Shown here: positions 13,150 through 25,589 of the stretch, in pieces
How the letters are laid out: every line of letters starts with the position of its first letter
Position numbering within the stretch: the stretch's first letter is position 1
Source: Eledone cirrhosa
Taxonomy: Eukaryota
DNA length: 64,000 bases
Assembly: GCA_964016885.1 (NCBI GenBank)
Contig: OZ024753.1
Location: forward strand, 23,994,001-24,058,000
Direction: 5' to 3'
The notes under the pieces: model-generated
What the model was told of the DNA's origin: nothing
Databases searched by the model: none
Seen by the model: the letters and a program-made list of their open reading frames with translations, nothing else
Translations under genes and position numbers: made by a program

Positions 13150-13960
13150 CTAGAAATCTCTAGGGTTCTTTATTTTATGTTATGAGCGATTCCTTCATAT
13201 TTCAACTACCAGTCGTTGTGCTCTTAATTTCAGGGTCATGGAAGAGAAATGTGAATAGCATGGTTGTTTAAAACGATCTTGTACCATACCCACATATCTT
13301 TCACTGCTGTCTGCATGGTTGAAGGTAGTTGGTGTAATTCTGCCTCATAAACAATAGGCTGGGATTAATATTACAGCTCTCCCTAAGCGTTACATATGCA
13401 TTCTGTACCAGCGTGTGCCGTTTGCAGTCGCTATCAGATCTGTGCTTTGGAACTTAAGCGTCAGTTACGATAATCTCAAATCCACCAAAGCCTTGCGAAT
13501 GAATCTTCTGTAGGTTAATGTCAACAAGGTTACTTGGTTTTAACATTTTGTTTCTTAAATCGTCTCTCCTATATGTCTAACACACTTAAATAGTCTCTAC
13601 TTTGTCTAACACACTTAAATAGTCTCTACTATATGTCTAACACACTTAAATAGTCTCTACTATGTCTAACACACTCTGCGTCTTTCTTTCATCTCTATAT
13701 TTTGTCATTTTTAAATCATTTCTTTCAATCTCAACAATATTTGGATCGTTTGTGTTGAAGCTGAATATTTCAACAGCTTCACTGCCAACATGTTATTTTC
13801 ATTTCAGTTTTTTCTATATATCTGTTTGATCTTTTCAAATTTGTCAGAGAATGTCGGCTGTATTCTTTCCGGGTGAATTATTTTTCATTCATATGACATG
13901 TAGTAACTGGTCGGCTTCATGTGTGAGTAAATAGTTTTCTCCTTCCTCTGTATTTCCATT
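13150..13960 (-). pseudogene. Ancient decayed Penelope-like RT thumb / GIY-YIG remnant
   Basis: Reverse translation gives PIVYEAELH...YVGMVQDRFKQ (GIY-YIG-like, about 13270-13360) and KPTSYYMSY...IHP (about 13870-13920), resembling HKPNEFLSYIDVNSNHP of the 28-kb PLE. Many stops. Confidence 0.45.
13571..13674. repeat. About 29-31-bp tandem repeat, about 3.5 copies
   Basis: TGTCTAACACACTTAAATAGTCTCTAC repeated. Confidence 0.9.
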
Positions 13961-14374
13961 TTAAGAAGTTGTTCACTTGATTTGATTCTTGGTTTAATTA
14001 CTTGGTTAATATTCCTCGGCTGAAAACCTGGCTGCATCAGATTTCTCATTAATAAAACTCCATTGAATCTTCAGAAGGTCAATGATTACAACTATGCGAC
14101 AGATATTTAGTTCAAACATCATATATCACATAGCCAAAATACAAAATTAATACTAAACATAACTAACGAAAGGATGTCATGAGAAAATATAAAAAAATAC
14201 ACGACCAACACTAAGACACCATCTATATTCCATTGATTTCACATATTGATTTGAAGTAATATTTTAGCTGACAATTATTGAACACAGATGACCTGCAATA
14301 TAGGCACTCCTTTTGTAAGTTGATTGAAGTACATTTGTTAATAAATTGTGTTTTTTCAATGAAATCTTTTATAA

Positions 14375-14510
14375 ATAATTGTTTCTACATTTGGCACAAG
14401 GCCAGCAATTAGCCAGTACATTACTGGTACTTTATTTTATCGACCCTGTAAGGATGAAAGGCAAAGTTAACCTCGGTGGGATTTGAACTCAGTCTGTAAA
14501 GGGACGTAAC
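14375..14510 (-). mobile_element. SINE (Nin-like family)
   Basis: TACTGGTACTTTATTTTATCGACCCTGTAAGGATGAAAGGCAAAGTTAACCTCGGTGGGATTTGAACTCAG is the reverse complement of the SINE core. Confidence 0.8.
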
Positions 14511-14995
14511 TATGCTAGAAATCTTTTATAAATAATATTGATACATAATGATATATAATAGTCTCTCTCTCTCTCTGTGGACCACAATTTTGTGCCTAGC
14601 TAGCTGCAATTTTGCATATAAGCAGATCTTTATAAGGATAAGGTCACATACTATGCCCTTTTTTATCTGATTTGTTTTAGCTTGACAGAAAGTATCGCAA
14701 TATTGGAAAGCTTTACTGATCAAAAGAATAATTCATTTAGAGGACTTACATGTGTCAATTAGTTCAGTATTTTGAGAAAAATGTATATTTTCTGAGAAAA
14801 TAAAAAACATCTGTAAGAGCGATATATTATTTAAGTTTCAGTATAAAAATCGCTGGACAGATTTTCCGGGCAAAAACCAGCAGGCTGGAGACCTAGCGGT
14901 AGACTCCGAGCAAAATAGCTCAAAATGGTTCAAATCCAGTCTGCCAAGACTGGATTTGAACCATCAGCACAGTCGAGGTATGTCAGACATCAATT

Positions 14996-15064
14996 TATTT
15001 TATCTGATGAGGACGTACTGATGAAATAGCTCAGTACCTCTGAAATATGATGTATAATAAAATA
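14996..15064 (+). ncRNA. Type I hammerhead ribozyme, family A
   Basis: ATTTTAT-CTGATGA-GGACGTACTG...CAGTACCTCT-GAAA-TATGATGT-ATA-ATAAAAT. Homologous to 26946-27010. Confidence 0.7.
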
Positions 15065-15207
15065 TATTTGATCACATGAATGTCTATATTTATTAATATT
15101 TTGAAGTAATATTAATAACTCCAGAAAACCTCTTTGTTGAGTGCTTCTAATCTATTGTAAAACTTTATTCATTGATTAATTCAATGAACCTTATTAAACT
15201 TTTAATC

Positions 15208-15262
<55 letters not shown>

Positions 15263-15682
15263 CATGTATGTGTATATATATATATACACATGTATGTATA
15301 TATATATATATATATATACATGTACGTGTATATATATATATTCATATATGTATGTATATATATATAGATAGATAGATATCTTTAAATTTATCCAATTAGA
15401 TCTTCGTAAATATAGGACTACACCTTAATTAAAAGACCACACTAACCTATATACTGTCCGTCATTTCTCCTTAGTCAATAAACCCCTTATTTGCTCTCTT
15501 ACCTTATACAATTAAAATAATTAACTAATATAGACACTCTAATATACTCTCAATATACAACACCAACTAAATAGCAGACGACTGTGTATATAACACCAAT
15601 TACTCCAGTATATATTATGCCGCTCATTTCGAATTTTGTTTATCGTGAACTCGTGCGCCGATTTTTCGATACTGGATTATTC

Positions 15683-15739
<57 letters not shown>

Positions 15740-15743
<4 letters not shown>

Positions 15744-15857
15744 AGTCGTTTGGAAGCCTCGACAATGCGGATGGGTAAATCTCCGGGTAACAAGATCCGG
15801 ATCGTGTTACCCGGAGATTTACCCATCTTCATTGTCGAGGCTTCCAAACGACTTAAA
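15740..15857. repeat. Near-perfect 118-bp palindrome
   Basis: TTTAAGTCGTTTGGAAGCCTCGACAATG...GATCCGGATC...CATTGTCGAGGCTTCCAAACGACTTAAA. One arm is also present at about 10981-11037. Confidence 0.9.
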
Positions 15858-15934
15858 GAAATTTACCTTATTATTCCACAATGCTTCAAGCAAACTTCAA
15901 TACTCTCATATATATATACATCCAGATACACATC

Positions 15935-15974
15935 CCGAGCTGAAGATCCGCGAAGGTGAAACAATTGTTCTCGG
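15935..15974 (+). ncRNA. Minimal type I hammerhead motif (weak stem II)
   Basis: CCGAG-CTGAAGA-tCCgcgaaGGt-GAAA-CAATT-GTT-CTCGG, with palindromic stem III AACAATTGTT. Confidence 0.65.
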
Positions 15975-16001
15975 TATGGTGAACTAACTGTTGTGTAACC
16001 A

Positions 16002-16076
<75 letters not shown>

Positions 16077-17251
16077 TCACACATATATATATATTATATA
16101 CATATACAAACTATGTAAAAACTATCTAGTTATAATAAAATAATAAAAAAAAATGTTTTTAACTCCCTCCACACAAGTTGAAAAGATAACAATTATATAA
16201 TTAATAATAATATTTTATATACTCTATAAAGATTAATTTATAACACTACTACAATTATAAAACAACCCTTAACTTATCAACAACCTTAATTACCTCCCTT
16301 TGTTATTAACCCCCTTTACAACTTCCTGTGTAAACTCATAAATTTAAGCAACCTAACGGTTTACCAACAACTTAATAACGGTTAATACAAACCCTAGAAA
16401 AGATAATTTGTAGATAAAAATGCATAAGATAATATACCTACAATAACAACATGCCCAGTAATTCGGTGGAATCTACATTTAACAAACACCTACTGATTAT
16501 AAACGACTCAAAATAATCCCTTGGTTAATAGCTGTGAGTTACAAACAACATATACACATAAATACGAACTACAACACAAAAACACTTGAATGAAAATCAC
16601 ATATCCAACTCTATCACGTGCTTTGCATTATACCTCACATAACAAATACCTACATTATCACCATATGCCTCTCTAACAAATTCCACACTATCTTAAACAT
16701 TTCTAACACTTATAATATGCTTTAACACCCCACACAAAATATGTTTATTTCAACAGCATTATAACTCTTTCCTCATACATGCCTGTATTGACTGTATTGA
16801 CTCCTGCATTGTACACCCATAACAATAACTGTTCTCCAATGTCAACTTTATATCTACGATTACTGCGGCCAGTGTGGGCGACGTTTGATTGCTTTTGCTG
16901 TTGTTGTCATTGTTGTTGTTGTAGCTGTTGTCTTAATGTAGCTGTCAACAAAATATACCCCCCCCCCCCTCAGAGTCCCTTTTATTACTTCCACTATCTA
17001 CTGGGCTCTGGGTACACAGTTTTTTGTTTGATACAGATCAACATACTTGAGAGGTTACCTCTCTGCTAATTTACGACCTCAAATCCGTGGGGGATGCGTG
17101 AATACTGATTTCACTAATTGACACGTTGATAGCACTTTACTCCAGCAAACACGATGGATGGAAGACGCTTTCAGGAACTCATATGCCTGCTGGGCACACG
17201 AGCAGAACGACGTGTGTATTTTCCTGCCGACAGCATATCACAAAATTGGAT

Positions 17252-17340
17252 TTCATCTGAGGATACCGCTCTCATAACAACGACAAATGCATGAAGGATT
17301 TCTCGATTGCATGGAGAACCGTGGAAATAATTATAATGAT
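17252..17340 (+). ncRNA. Type I hammerhead with long stem II insertion
   Basis: TCAT-CTGAGGA-TAC(C)G...about 50 nt...CGTG-GAAA-TAATT-ATA-ATGA, with palindromic stem III ATAATTAT. Confidence 0.6.
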
Positions 17341-17369
17341 TAAACGATTTATGTAACATCATTTTATTT

Positions 17370-17406
<37 letters not shown>

Positions 17407-17411
<5 letters not shown>

Positions 17412-18273
17412 TATGAAGAGAGAAGAAACATTTAGATATAATTAGTAATAAAATGTATCATACCTAAACTGCTCCTAGATTCCTCGACTACGTAGTTTCG
17501 TGGCATAAACAAAAACAATACATCACAAAGATATAGAGTCCTTGCGAGGTCTGCCGACTTATCAAGAGGATACCTCATTTTACTAGTCTCAAGAACGCGT
17601 CTACACGACGTGAGAAAGATTCCCGCGGATGCATTCATGTATATGTGTGTGTCCGCATGTATCTGTGTGTTTTTAAATATATTGTTAATAACTCCCTCTG
17701 GTCGAGCAATCTTTGAAGTGTGGGGACTGCTGGAAAGCTTCCATTACTCATACTTCTCGCCCCCTTCACCACCTCTTCTACGGCTTCGATATAAATACCC
17801 CCTCCGCCTCCGTGGTATTTTCTTCGGGGTTATAAGAGGCTTAGCTCTGTTTCTCGACCGTTATATCGCGTGACTATCTCCCCCTCCGCCTTTTGGGAAT
17901 CTTTCTCACGTCGTGTAGACGCATTCTTGAGACTAGTAAAATGAGGTATCCTCTTGATAAGTCGGCAGACCTCGCAAGGACTCTATATCTTTGTGATGTA
18001 TTGTTTTTGTTTATGCCACGAAACTACGTAGTCGAGGAATCTAGGAGCAGTTTAGGTATGATACATTTTATTACTAATTATATCTAAATGTTTCTTCTCT
18101 CTTCATAATGTATTTTTAACTCTGATACTGGTTCAGTCTGGTTCAACCGGATTGGTCTGTCCCAGTCATTCATTGAGCAACATCGGTGAAGTTGGCACCC
18201 TTAACTCACGGTTGGGTGCGGATGCATTCATGTATATGTGTGTGTCCGCATGTATCTGTGTGTTTCTAAATAT

Positions 18274-18277
<4 letters not shown>
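17407..18277. mobile_element. Second insertion of the 591-bp HHR element: inverted partial copy (17407-17624) + about 1.1 direct copies, in (TA)n
   Basis: Highly similar to 34391-37606, with scattered substitutions. Orientation switch at GAGAAAGATTCCC|GCGGATGC. HHRs at 17481-17570 (-) and 17949-18038 (+). Confidence 0.9.
17949..18038 (+). ncRNA. Variant hammerhead (U3-A8 core)
   Basis: TCCTC-TTGATAA-GTCGGCA...TGCCAC-GAAA-CTACGTA-GTC-GAGGA. Confidence 0.8.
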
Positions 18278-18332
<55 letters not shown>

Positions 18333-18501
18333 AAAATCAGGACTCCGACGGCTGAGCTCCGGTCGTTTCGAAAGCTAGAACCGAACTATATAAATGTATA
18401 TACATAAACAATGAGTTATATGCTTTTTGATGAGTATTCATACCTATTGTAAGCGGAGGTTTATACTTTGGGTATGTCACTATCTTATACATCAAATATT
18501 G

Positions 18502-18562
18502 TATTTTATCTGATTTCAAGGATACTACAATTTAGTATCCTTGAAATATGTATAATAAAATA
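18502..18562 (+). ncRNA. Family A hammerhead relic with overwritten core
   Basis: TATTTTAT-CTGAT-TTCAAGGATACTA caatt TAGTATCCTTGAAA-TATGTATA-ATAAAATA. The GA of the core is replaced by an extension of the stem II palindrome. Confidence 0.45.
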
Positions 18563-18649
18563 AATATGATGCTATAGTGATATTTTCCAATTATTACTAT
18601 TATTAATATATGTATATATAGAGAGATATAGATATAGATATAGATATTT

Positions 18650-20500
18650 GTGTTCAATCGGGGGTAACCACAGTAAGTAAGGTATTCAATACATAGCAAA
18701 TTATAAATGTTTAATATAAAAATTGCTTCTACAGGACTAGAGCTGTTACATTCGAAGGAAATCATCAGAAAAGCCGACCGTCAATAGGATATGATGGTAA
18801 ATATATATGTTTTTTTAAGTTCTGCGTGTGTAGGGGTCGTCTTTTTAAGTCAAGTATTGTGTGCTGATTTCTAATCTGTGATTTGTTTGAGGGTTGAAAG
18901 GACGTATGACTAATGCTTCCCTAATTCTTGAATTGCCAACATTCCACTCTCTGGCTTCAAGAGGGACTTTTATATTTTTGTTGGTGTTTCTGCATTTGTC
19001 AGTTTGTCAATGTGAGGATACGTGTGTGTTGAGGTGTTCTTTAATGCGAGTGTGGAGTGCTCGAGTTGTGCTACCAATGTAGACCTCCTTACATTTGCTA
19101 CATTCAATCCGGTATACCACATGTGCCCACTAGCACATACCTGTGTCATGGATAGGGCAGTTAGTCAGCGAGCATTGGTTGTTGTTGTCTCTGAATTGCT
19201 TTCTAGACAAGTATCCACGCAGTGAAGGGGCGGAGTGTGCCAATTGTATGTCCGTCCAGTCCTTTGTGGATGGCTCTGTGGATAGCTGTGGTTATGCTTT
19301 CACTGAAGTGTGATACTTTCATGTAGCATGTGTCAGAGGAGGTATTATACCTGCGACGCCTTTGACTCTTAGGTCGATTCGCTGTGGATGTTGGGTATCC
19401 GTTCGTACATCTATGAAGTGTGCGGTGTGAGTGATCTGGTCCTCTATCTTGCTACCTTTATTCCATTTAGTACGCGTAATTTAATTTCTTATGTATCTAG
19501 TTTTAGCATCAAGGGAAAGGGCTGATCTATAATACAGAAACAGGTCTCTGCTGGTCGCTTTCCTATAGAAGTTCGTGTATATAGTACCTTCATCTGTTAT
19601 TCTAAACTGGAAGTCCAGCACTTACCAGGAACCATTTTTATCAGGGTGTTCTACGGTAAATCGTATGTTGTTGTCTGTGTTGGAGAATGCCATAGGCATT
19701 ATGTCGGCCTCCTTACGGGATGATGTGAGGATGAGTATATCATCTATGTATCGCGTGAAGAAAACACAGGAGCGGCAGGTGTTGAGCGCTCGACATTCTA
19801 TTTAGTTCACATAAGTGTTGGCCTGAAAGACTGGATCCCATGGGTAGGCCTGTTGTTTGTTTGTATGTGTGGTGGTGAAAAGTGAAATATGTATTTTCTA
19901 GGATGATGGATAGAAGCTGATGTATGTCTTGTAGGGTGAGGCCGAAGCAGTAAATGTTGTATGAAATGATGCAGTCAGTCACAAGTTTGACTACTAAAGC
20001 ATATCTGTCTCTATACTCGAGACAATTAGTCTAATATGTAGATAAACACTGGTTTTGTGGGTTTTAATGACGCGGTAGAACGTTGGTAGTCTGCTGTTTC
20101 TGGTAGTGAGGTTGTTTTCATATTTGTTTGAAAGTGGTCTCCACCTGCAGACATCTGTCCAGGTGGGGTTGATGTGATCTTCAATCTAGGATGCGGCAAT
20201 GTCTGTCACTTCTGTATATAGTTCACCGTTGTTAAAGTGATCATATGCCAAGCTGTTGTATGTGTCCTTAGAGATGATGCAGAATTCTTTCACTTTATCG
20301 AGGTCCTTCTCTCGCATATTGTTTAGAATGAGGTGTTCTTCGGTGGAGAGGTTAGGGAGTACCTTCTTATGTTTCTGTAATATGCTAAAAATAGACTGTT
20401 TAAGTCTGGAGAGTTTGAGATCAAGCCCTCGGTTGATAGGCGGGGCAGAGAGCAGGTGGTCTAAAAGGTATATAGGAAATTTAGAGTTGTTGCCAGGGCG
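18650..20500 (-). mobile_element. Decayed Penelope-like element (same family as 9425-10860) with terminal pLTR-like segment
   Basis: Reverse translation: YKQTTGLPMGSSLSG, ALNTCRSCVFFTRYIDDILIL, and CSLTNCPIH...VVYRIECSKCKEVYIGSTTRALHTRIKEH. Degenerate HHR (CTGATGA-TTTCCTTCGAAT-GTAA) at 18734-18775 in the 3' region. Confidence 0.9.
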
Positions 20501-20565
20501 TTGTTTATTACTGTACTGTAGTTTGTTTGAAGCATTGCATATAATACATTATATAATGTGTAAAG

Positions 20566-20608
<43 letters not shown>

Positions 20609-21239
20609 TAATTCAGCGAGAATCGTATTTCGGCTGGTAGAAAAAGCGAAACGAAACGCAAAATCGTAGAAATGCTGGCAAGCGCTCCAATAGTTACAAA
20701 ACTAGAGCTAAACAATATGTTAAAACGCCATACAAACTGAAAAGTGGTCAAGAAGGCATTAACCACCTAAGCGAAAAAACAAATCAAGTTAAACAGGTCA
20801 AACAAAATAAATGATAAAAACCGACCTGGACCCAAGTGGAATTGGTGGTAAAATCCAAATGTAGGGTTTCTATGACACCTAAATCAATAATATTTTCTGC
20901 TTAAAACTATAAGCTTTCAGCATAAAGATCGAACAAGGAATATCACGTTATCAACAGGTAATTTTGCTCTGTAACCAATTTTGCGAGTGACGCAGAAGTT
21001 AGTAAACGCACATGCGTAAGTCACAAGGGGACATTCCCCATATTTTGGCAAATGAATTCAGTATGTGTAAATCACACAAACAATTGCATAAATAGCACAA
21101 ATCGAATAAGCACTGAACCGATTAGTTTTTAAAATAAACTTATGCAATTAATCTGTCAATAGAATTATTAACAGGTTAATTGTAAGACTCGGGAGATTAA
21201 TACAAATATATATATATATTAATACAAATATATATATAT

Positions 21240-21565
21240 ATTTAATATAGAAATGGCTTCGACCGGACTAGAACTGTTTCATTCAGAGGAAAGCATCAGA
21301 AAGCCGACTGTCAATGTAAATTTCTGGTATTTATACATTTTGTATGGTAAGGGAAGGGTAGTTGTTGGGGTAGAGGTCATGGTGGGATTAAAGGATGGGG
21401 ATACTTAGAAAAAACAAAATTTATTTAGAGAAAGAAGTTTAGTGGAAAGTGGCAATTGAAATAAACATTTCCTTAATCTATAGTACAATTTTGAACAAAA
21501 GTTATATCAAGTAGTTGATCGAACATGTGGAAATGGTAGGTTAGTACAAGGTCACAAGCACACAC
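21240..21565 (-). repeat. pLTR-like segment with HHR-like motif; inverted homolog of 29275-29580
   Basis: About 300 bp of high similarity to the reverse complement of 29275-29580. Reverse strand reads CTGATGC-TTTCCTCTGAAT-GAAA-CAGTTC. Confidence 0.7.
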
Positions 21566-21729
21566 GCCAACACACACGCGCCCACGCGCGCGCTCACACA
21601 CACACATAAATACATATATACACATACATATATAAACATACATATACATACATACAGACACACATACACACATATATATGCACACATACACATACATACA
21701 CATATATACACATATATACATATACACAC

Positions 21730-21803
<74 letters not shown>

Positions 21804-21877
21804 ACATATATATATATGTATATATATACATATATATACACATATATACATATATATACATATATATACATATATAA

Positions 21878-22078
21878 AGAAATACACAGATACACGCGGA
21901 CACATACATATACATGAATATATCCACATATATCCATCAATTTGTGGTCCCAACCTCAACCGATGTTGCTCTATGAATAACTGGGACAAAATAATCCGAA
22001 TGGATTAGATTGATTCAGTATCAGAGCTATATAATACATTATAAAGAAAAAAGAAACATTAGATATAATTAATAAGAT
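21878..22078 (-). mobile_element. Diverged relative of the 591-bp element, cut by a SINE
   Basis: ACACAGATACACGCGGACAC...CCGATGTTGCTCTATGAATAACTGGGACA...CAGTATCAGAG...AGAAACATTAGATATAATTA aligns with 34825-35020. Confidence 0.8.
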
Positions 22079-22081
22079 ATA

Positions 22082-22215
22082 CCATACCCGTAGCTGAGCG
22101 GTTAGAGAATTGGATTCTCAATCGTAAGGTTGTGAGTTCGATTCCTGGACCAGGCGATGCGTTATGTCCTTGAGCAAGACACTTTATTTCACGTTGCTCC
22201 TTCTACATTGAGTTG
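22082..22215 (+). mobile_element. tRNA-derived CORE-like SINE (inverted copy at about 25170-25300)
   Basis: GTAGCTGAGCGGTTAGAG...GAGTTCGATTCC, then GTCCTTGAGCAAGACACTTTATTTCACGTTG (CORE-like). Confidence 0.75.
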
Positions 22216-22333
22216 CGACCGATAGTTAGTATTAGCAATTGGAAAAACCAGCGGAATATTGTTTCCTAGGTCCGATTTGACGAAAGTCGATCGTTCCTAA
22301 AAAAAAAAGAAATATATATATATGTATGTGTAG

Positions 22334-22407
<74 letters not shown>

Positions 22408-22442
22408 GTATATATATGAATATGTAGATAGACCAGGTTTTT

Positions 22443-22502
22443 TTCATTCTGAGGATTGAAGGCAACATTTTTTTGCTTTTAAGAAACCACTGGTTAATAG
22501 AA
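22443..22502 (+). ncRNA. Type I hammerhead, family B (mutated copy at 24957-25016)
   Basis: TTCATT-CTGAGGA-TTGAAGGCAA catttt TTGCTTTTAA-GAAA-CCACTG-GTT-AATAGAA. Confidence 0.7.
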
Positions 22503-22758
22503 TAATTGCCTTATGTTGTTTATTACATTACTACTATATATATGTATATATAAGATTCATATGAATTATCTAAGATTGAGTTTTACACACACACATATAT
22601 ATGTGTGTGTATGTATATATATATATATGTATGTGTGTGTGTATGTTTGTATTTGGTTGTGCGTGTTTGTGATATGTACGTATTTGTATGTGTATAATTG
22701 TATAGCTATGTATGTGTGTATGTGTATATATATATATATTTGTGTGTATGTGTGTGTG

Positions 22759-22829
<71 letters not shown>

Positions 22830-22846
22830 ATGTGTGTGTGTATATA

Positions 22847-22877
<31 letters not shown>

Positions 22878-23245
22878 TTGTGTATATATTTGTGTATGTG
22901 TATGTATGTGTTTATGTATTTGTATATGTATATTTATGTGTGAGAGTGTGTATGTATTTACCTTTTCGTACGTATGTGTACGTACATTTGTGTGTACTGC
23001 TTACCACGCGTGTCTGTTCATCTACTCGTCGCTGTATCGCCGTCAATTTTTTATATATATTTTTTCTTATATTTATTTGCGTGTGTGAATATGTAGAGGT
23101 GTGTATATTTTTATTATTTTGTACATGCATATGTACGCATTTATGTATGTATATGTATGTACGTGTGTATATAGGTATGATTGTGTGCATGTGTGGATGT
23201 ATGTATATGTATGTGTGTATGGCTATGTATGTGTATGTGTATGCA

Positions 23246-24549
23246 TGAGCGTCCGTCATCTACTACCGCCTGACCGTGGTGCCTTGCCCAAGGGAAACGC
23301 TCGCCAAAATGGAGCGCGCACTCTTCCAATTCCTTTGGAAGAAGCGGGCTCCTATGGTCAGGAGATCCATCTGCTGTCAACACCCTTCGAAAGGAGGGCT
23401 GGGTATGCCGTGGCTAATGATACGTAAACACGCATTAAGGCTACGGCACCTTCAGGTATTCCTCTCCGGTCAACCGGTGTGGGCCCCGTTTGTGAGGCGA
23501 GCCTTTCCCAGACTCGTCTCACTCACCGAGCTGCAATCCTGGGTCAAGCAAAGACCGAGAAAACTGGGCGCCTGGCACACCGAGTGTGCCCAGGCGCTCA
23601 CGGCTCTCTGGCAGGCGGACCCGGCTGTCAGTGGAGAATCCACCTCGTCATTCTATAGAGGGCTGGTGGTTAGCAGGTGCGACGACGCCCTCGGAGAAGC
23701 CCTAGGCATGGAGGAAGACGAACTGGCCAACCTGTTCGGAAGGACATTGAGCCCGGGACCCATGGATAACTTCCAGAGGTCCCTGGCCTGGCAATGCTAC
23801 AGAAGGGCTCTGCCCGTTCGAGAAAGGCTCTACAGACACGGGCGCCCGGGTAGGGACCCATCGAAAAAGGTCTGTCTCAGATGCGTGTGCGACGAGGAAA
23901 CCGTTGCACACGCATTGGTACACTGCTCGGGCATTGCCGATCTGTGGGGCTATGTCGAACAACTGCTGTCAAGGGTGGGACCGATCCGGTTGACCACCGA
24001 GTCTATTGTAACGATCAAGCCGCCTCCCCTCTTCAAAAACGAAGGAGAGGCGGTGTTTCTGTGCGTAATAGCCATGGCGAAAGAGGTTGTATGGTGGACG
24101 CGTCTGAAAGGACTGAGGTCAGACACCTTTCTCTCTGGCCAACAACTGGTCCGTTTCTTCCGATATCATTTCGGAAGAAGGATCAGGATGGAGAGAGAGG
24201 TGCTGCACCCCAGCCGTTTGTATGAAAGATGGGTGAAAGTGGCGAGAATGGCCCGTGTGAATGGGCCTTCACTCTACATCAGACTATAGGTGAGGAAGAT
24301 GAAAGACCAAGGGAGCACCCCTTCTCTGTGCTCCTGAGGAGAAGGGTTGCACACTTTTTTCGGGGGTGTGTGCGACCCCCCAAGGCGCCTCCTCTCTATT
24401 GAGGACTTTGTTATAAATTTTATTTTTTGTTATATTTTATTTTATTTTTATATATTGTTATTGCCTCCTCCTTATTGAGGACGCCTTGTTTTGTAAACTC
24501 CTCCCAGTGTACTTGTCCCACTTTTGATGCCCTGGTGGCAAATAAAAGA

Positions 24550-24552
<3 letters not shown>
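23246..24552 (+). mobile_element. 5'-truncated Tx1/L1-clade LINE (ORF2 C-terminus, 3' UTR) inserted in microsatellite
   Basis: Open frame 23276-24289: ERALFQFLWKKR, SKGGLGMP, zinc-knuckle CLRCVCDEETVAHALVHC. 3' UTR ends AATAAAAGAAAC(TA)n. Confidence 0.9.
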
Positions 24553-24592
<40 letters not shown>

Positions 24593-24773
24593 TTTTCTAT
24601 ATATATATGTGTGTATATATGTGTGTGTGGTTGTATATGTGTATGTATGGATGTGTTGATATTTATGTGTGTATGTATGGATGTGTTGATATTTATGTGC
24701 GTATGTATGTATGTGTACATGTATTTATATACACATATATATGTGTATATATGTGTGTGTGTATGTATGAGTG

Positions 24774-24816
<43 letters not shown>

Positions 24817-25416
24817 ATGTATTCTTTTGTGTGTGTATGTGTTTGCATGTGTGGTTTTATTTTATTTTTCCTTTCCTTCTTCTCTCTTCAGCCTCACTTT
24901 CATATAGATTGCATTTTTGTTTTTAAAATCCAAATTTAATAAACAGACCAGGATTTTTTCATTCTAAGGATTGAAAGCAAAATTTTTGGCTTTTAAGGAA
25001 CCACTGGTAAATGGAATAATTGCATTATGTTGTTTATTACATAACTATATATATATATATATACATATATTTCTTTTTTTTTTAGGAACGATCGACTTTC
25101 GTCAAATCGGACCGAGGAAACAATATTTCCGCTGGTTTTTCCAATTGCTAATACTAACTATCGGTAGCAACTCCATGTAGAAGGAACAACGTGAAATAAA
25201 GTGTCTTGCTCAAGGACATAACGCATCGCCTGGTCCAGGAATCGAACTCACAACCTTACGATTGCGAATCCAATTCTCTAACCACTTAGCTACGGGTATG
25301 GTATATCTTATTAATTATATCTAATGTTTCTTCTTTCTTTATAATGTATTATATAGCTCTGATACTGAATCAATCTAATCCATTCGGATTATTTGTGTGT
25401 GTATATATATATATAT

Positions 25417-25455
<39 letters not shown>

Positions 25456-25464
25456 TATACATAC

Positions 25465-25513
<49 letters not shown>

Positions 25514-25589
25514 CATACATATATATATACATATACATATGATATTAATTCAAAATATTAACAAAATAGATATTCTTGTGATCAATTAT

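Noticed and set aside
18335-18385. Minus-strand GAAA-CG...CG-TC half hammerheads (also 38438-38480)
   Set aside because: No CUGANGA/UUGANAA partner or stem I found; at most truncated.
19020-19200. Selenocysteine (in-frame UGA) in the PLE endonuclease, as reported for some PLEs
   Set aside because: Cys positions read TGC/TGT; the in-frame stop seen is TAG, consistent with decay.
22082-22155. tRNA gene candidates (also 11275-11345)
   Set aside because: A/B boxes are followed by SINE core sequence and there is no proper acceptor stem; these are SINE heads.
22245-22300. GAAA-CAATATTC with upstream hairpin on the minus strand (also 25085-25135)
   Set aside because: 5' core absent; not supportable as a ribozyme.
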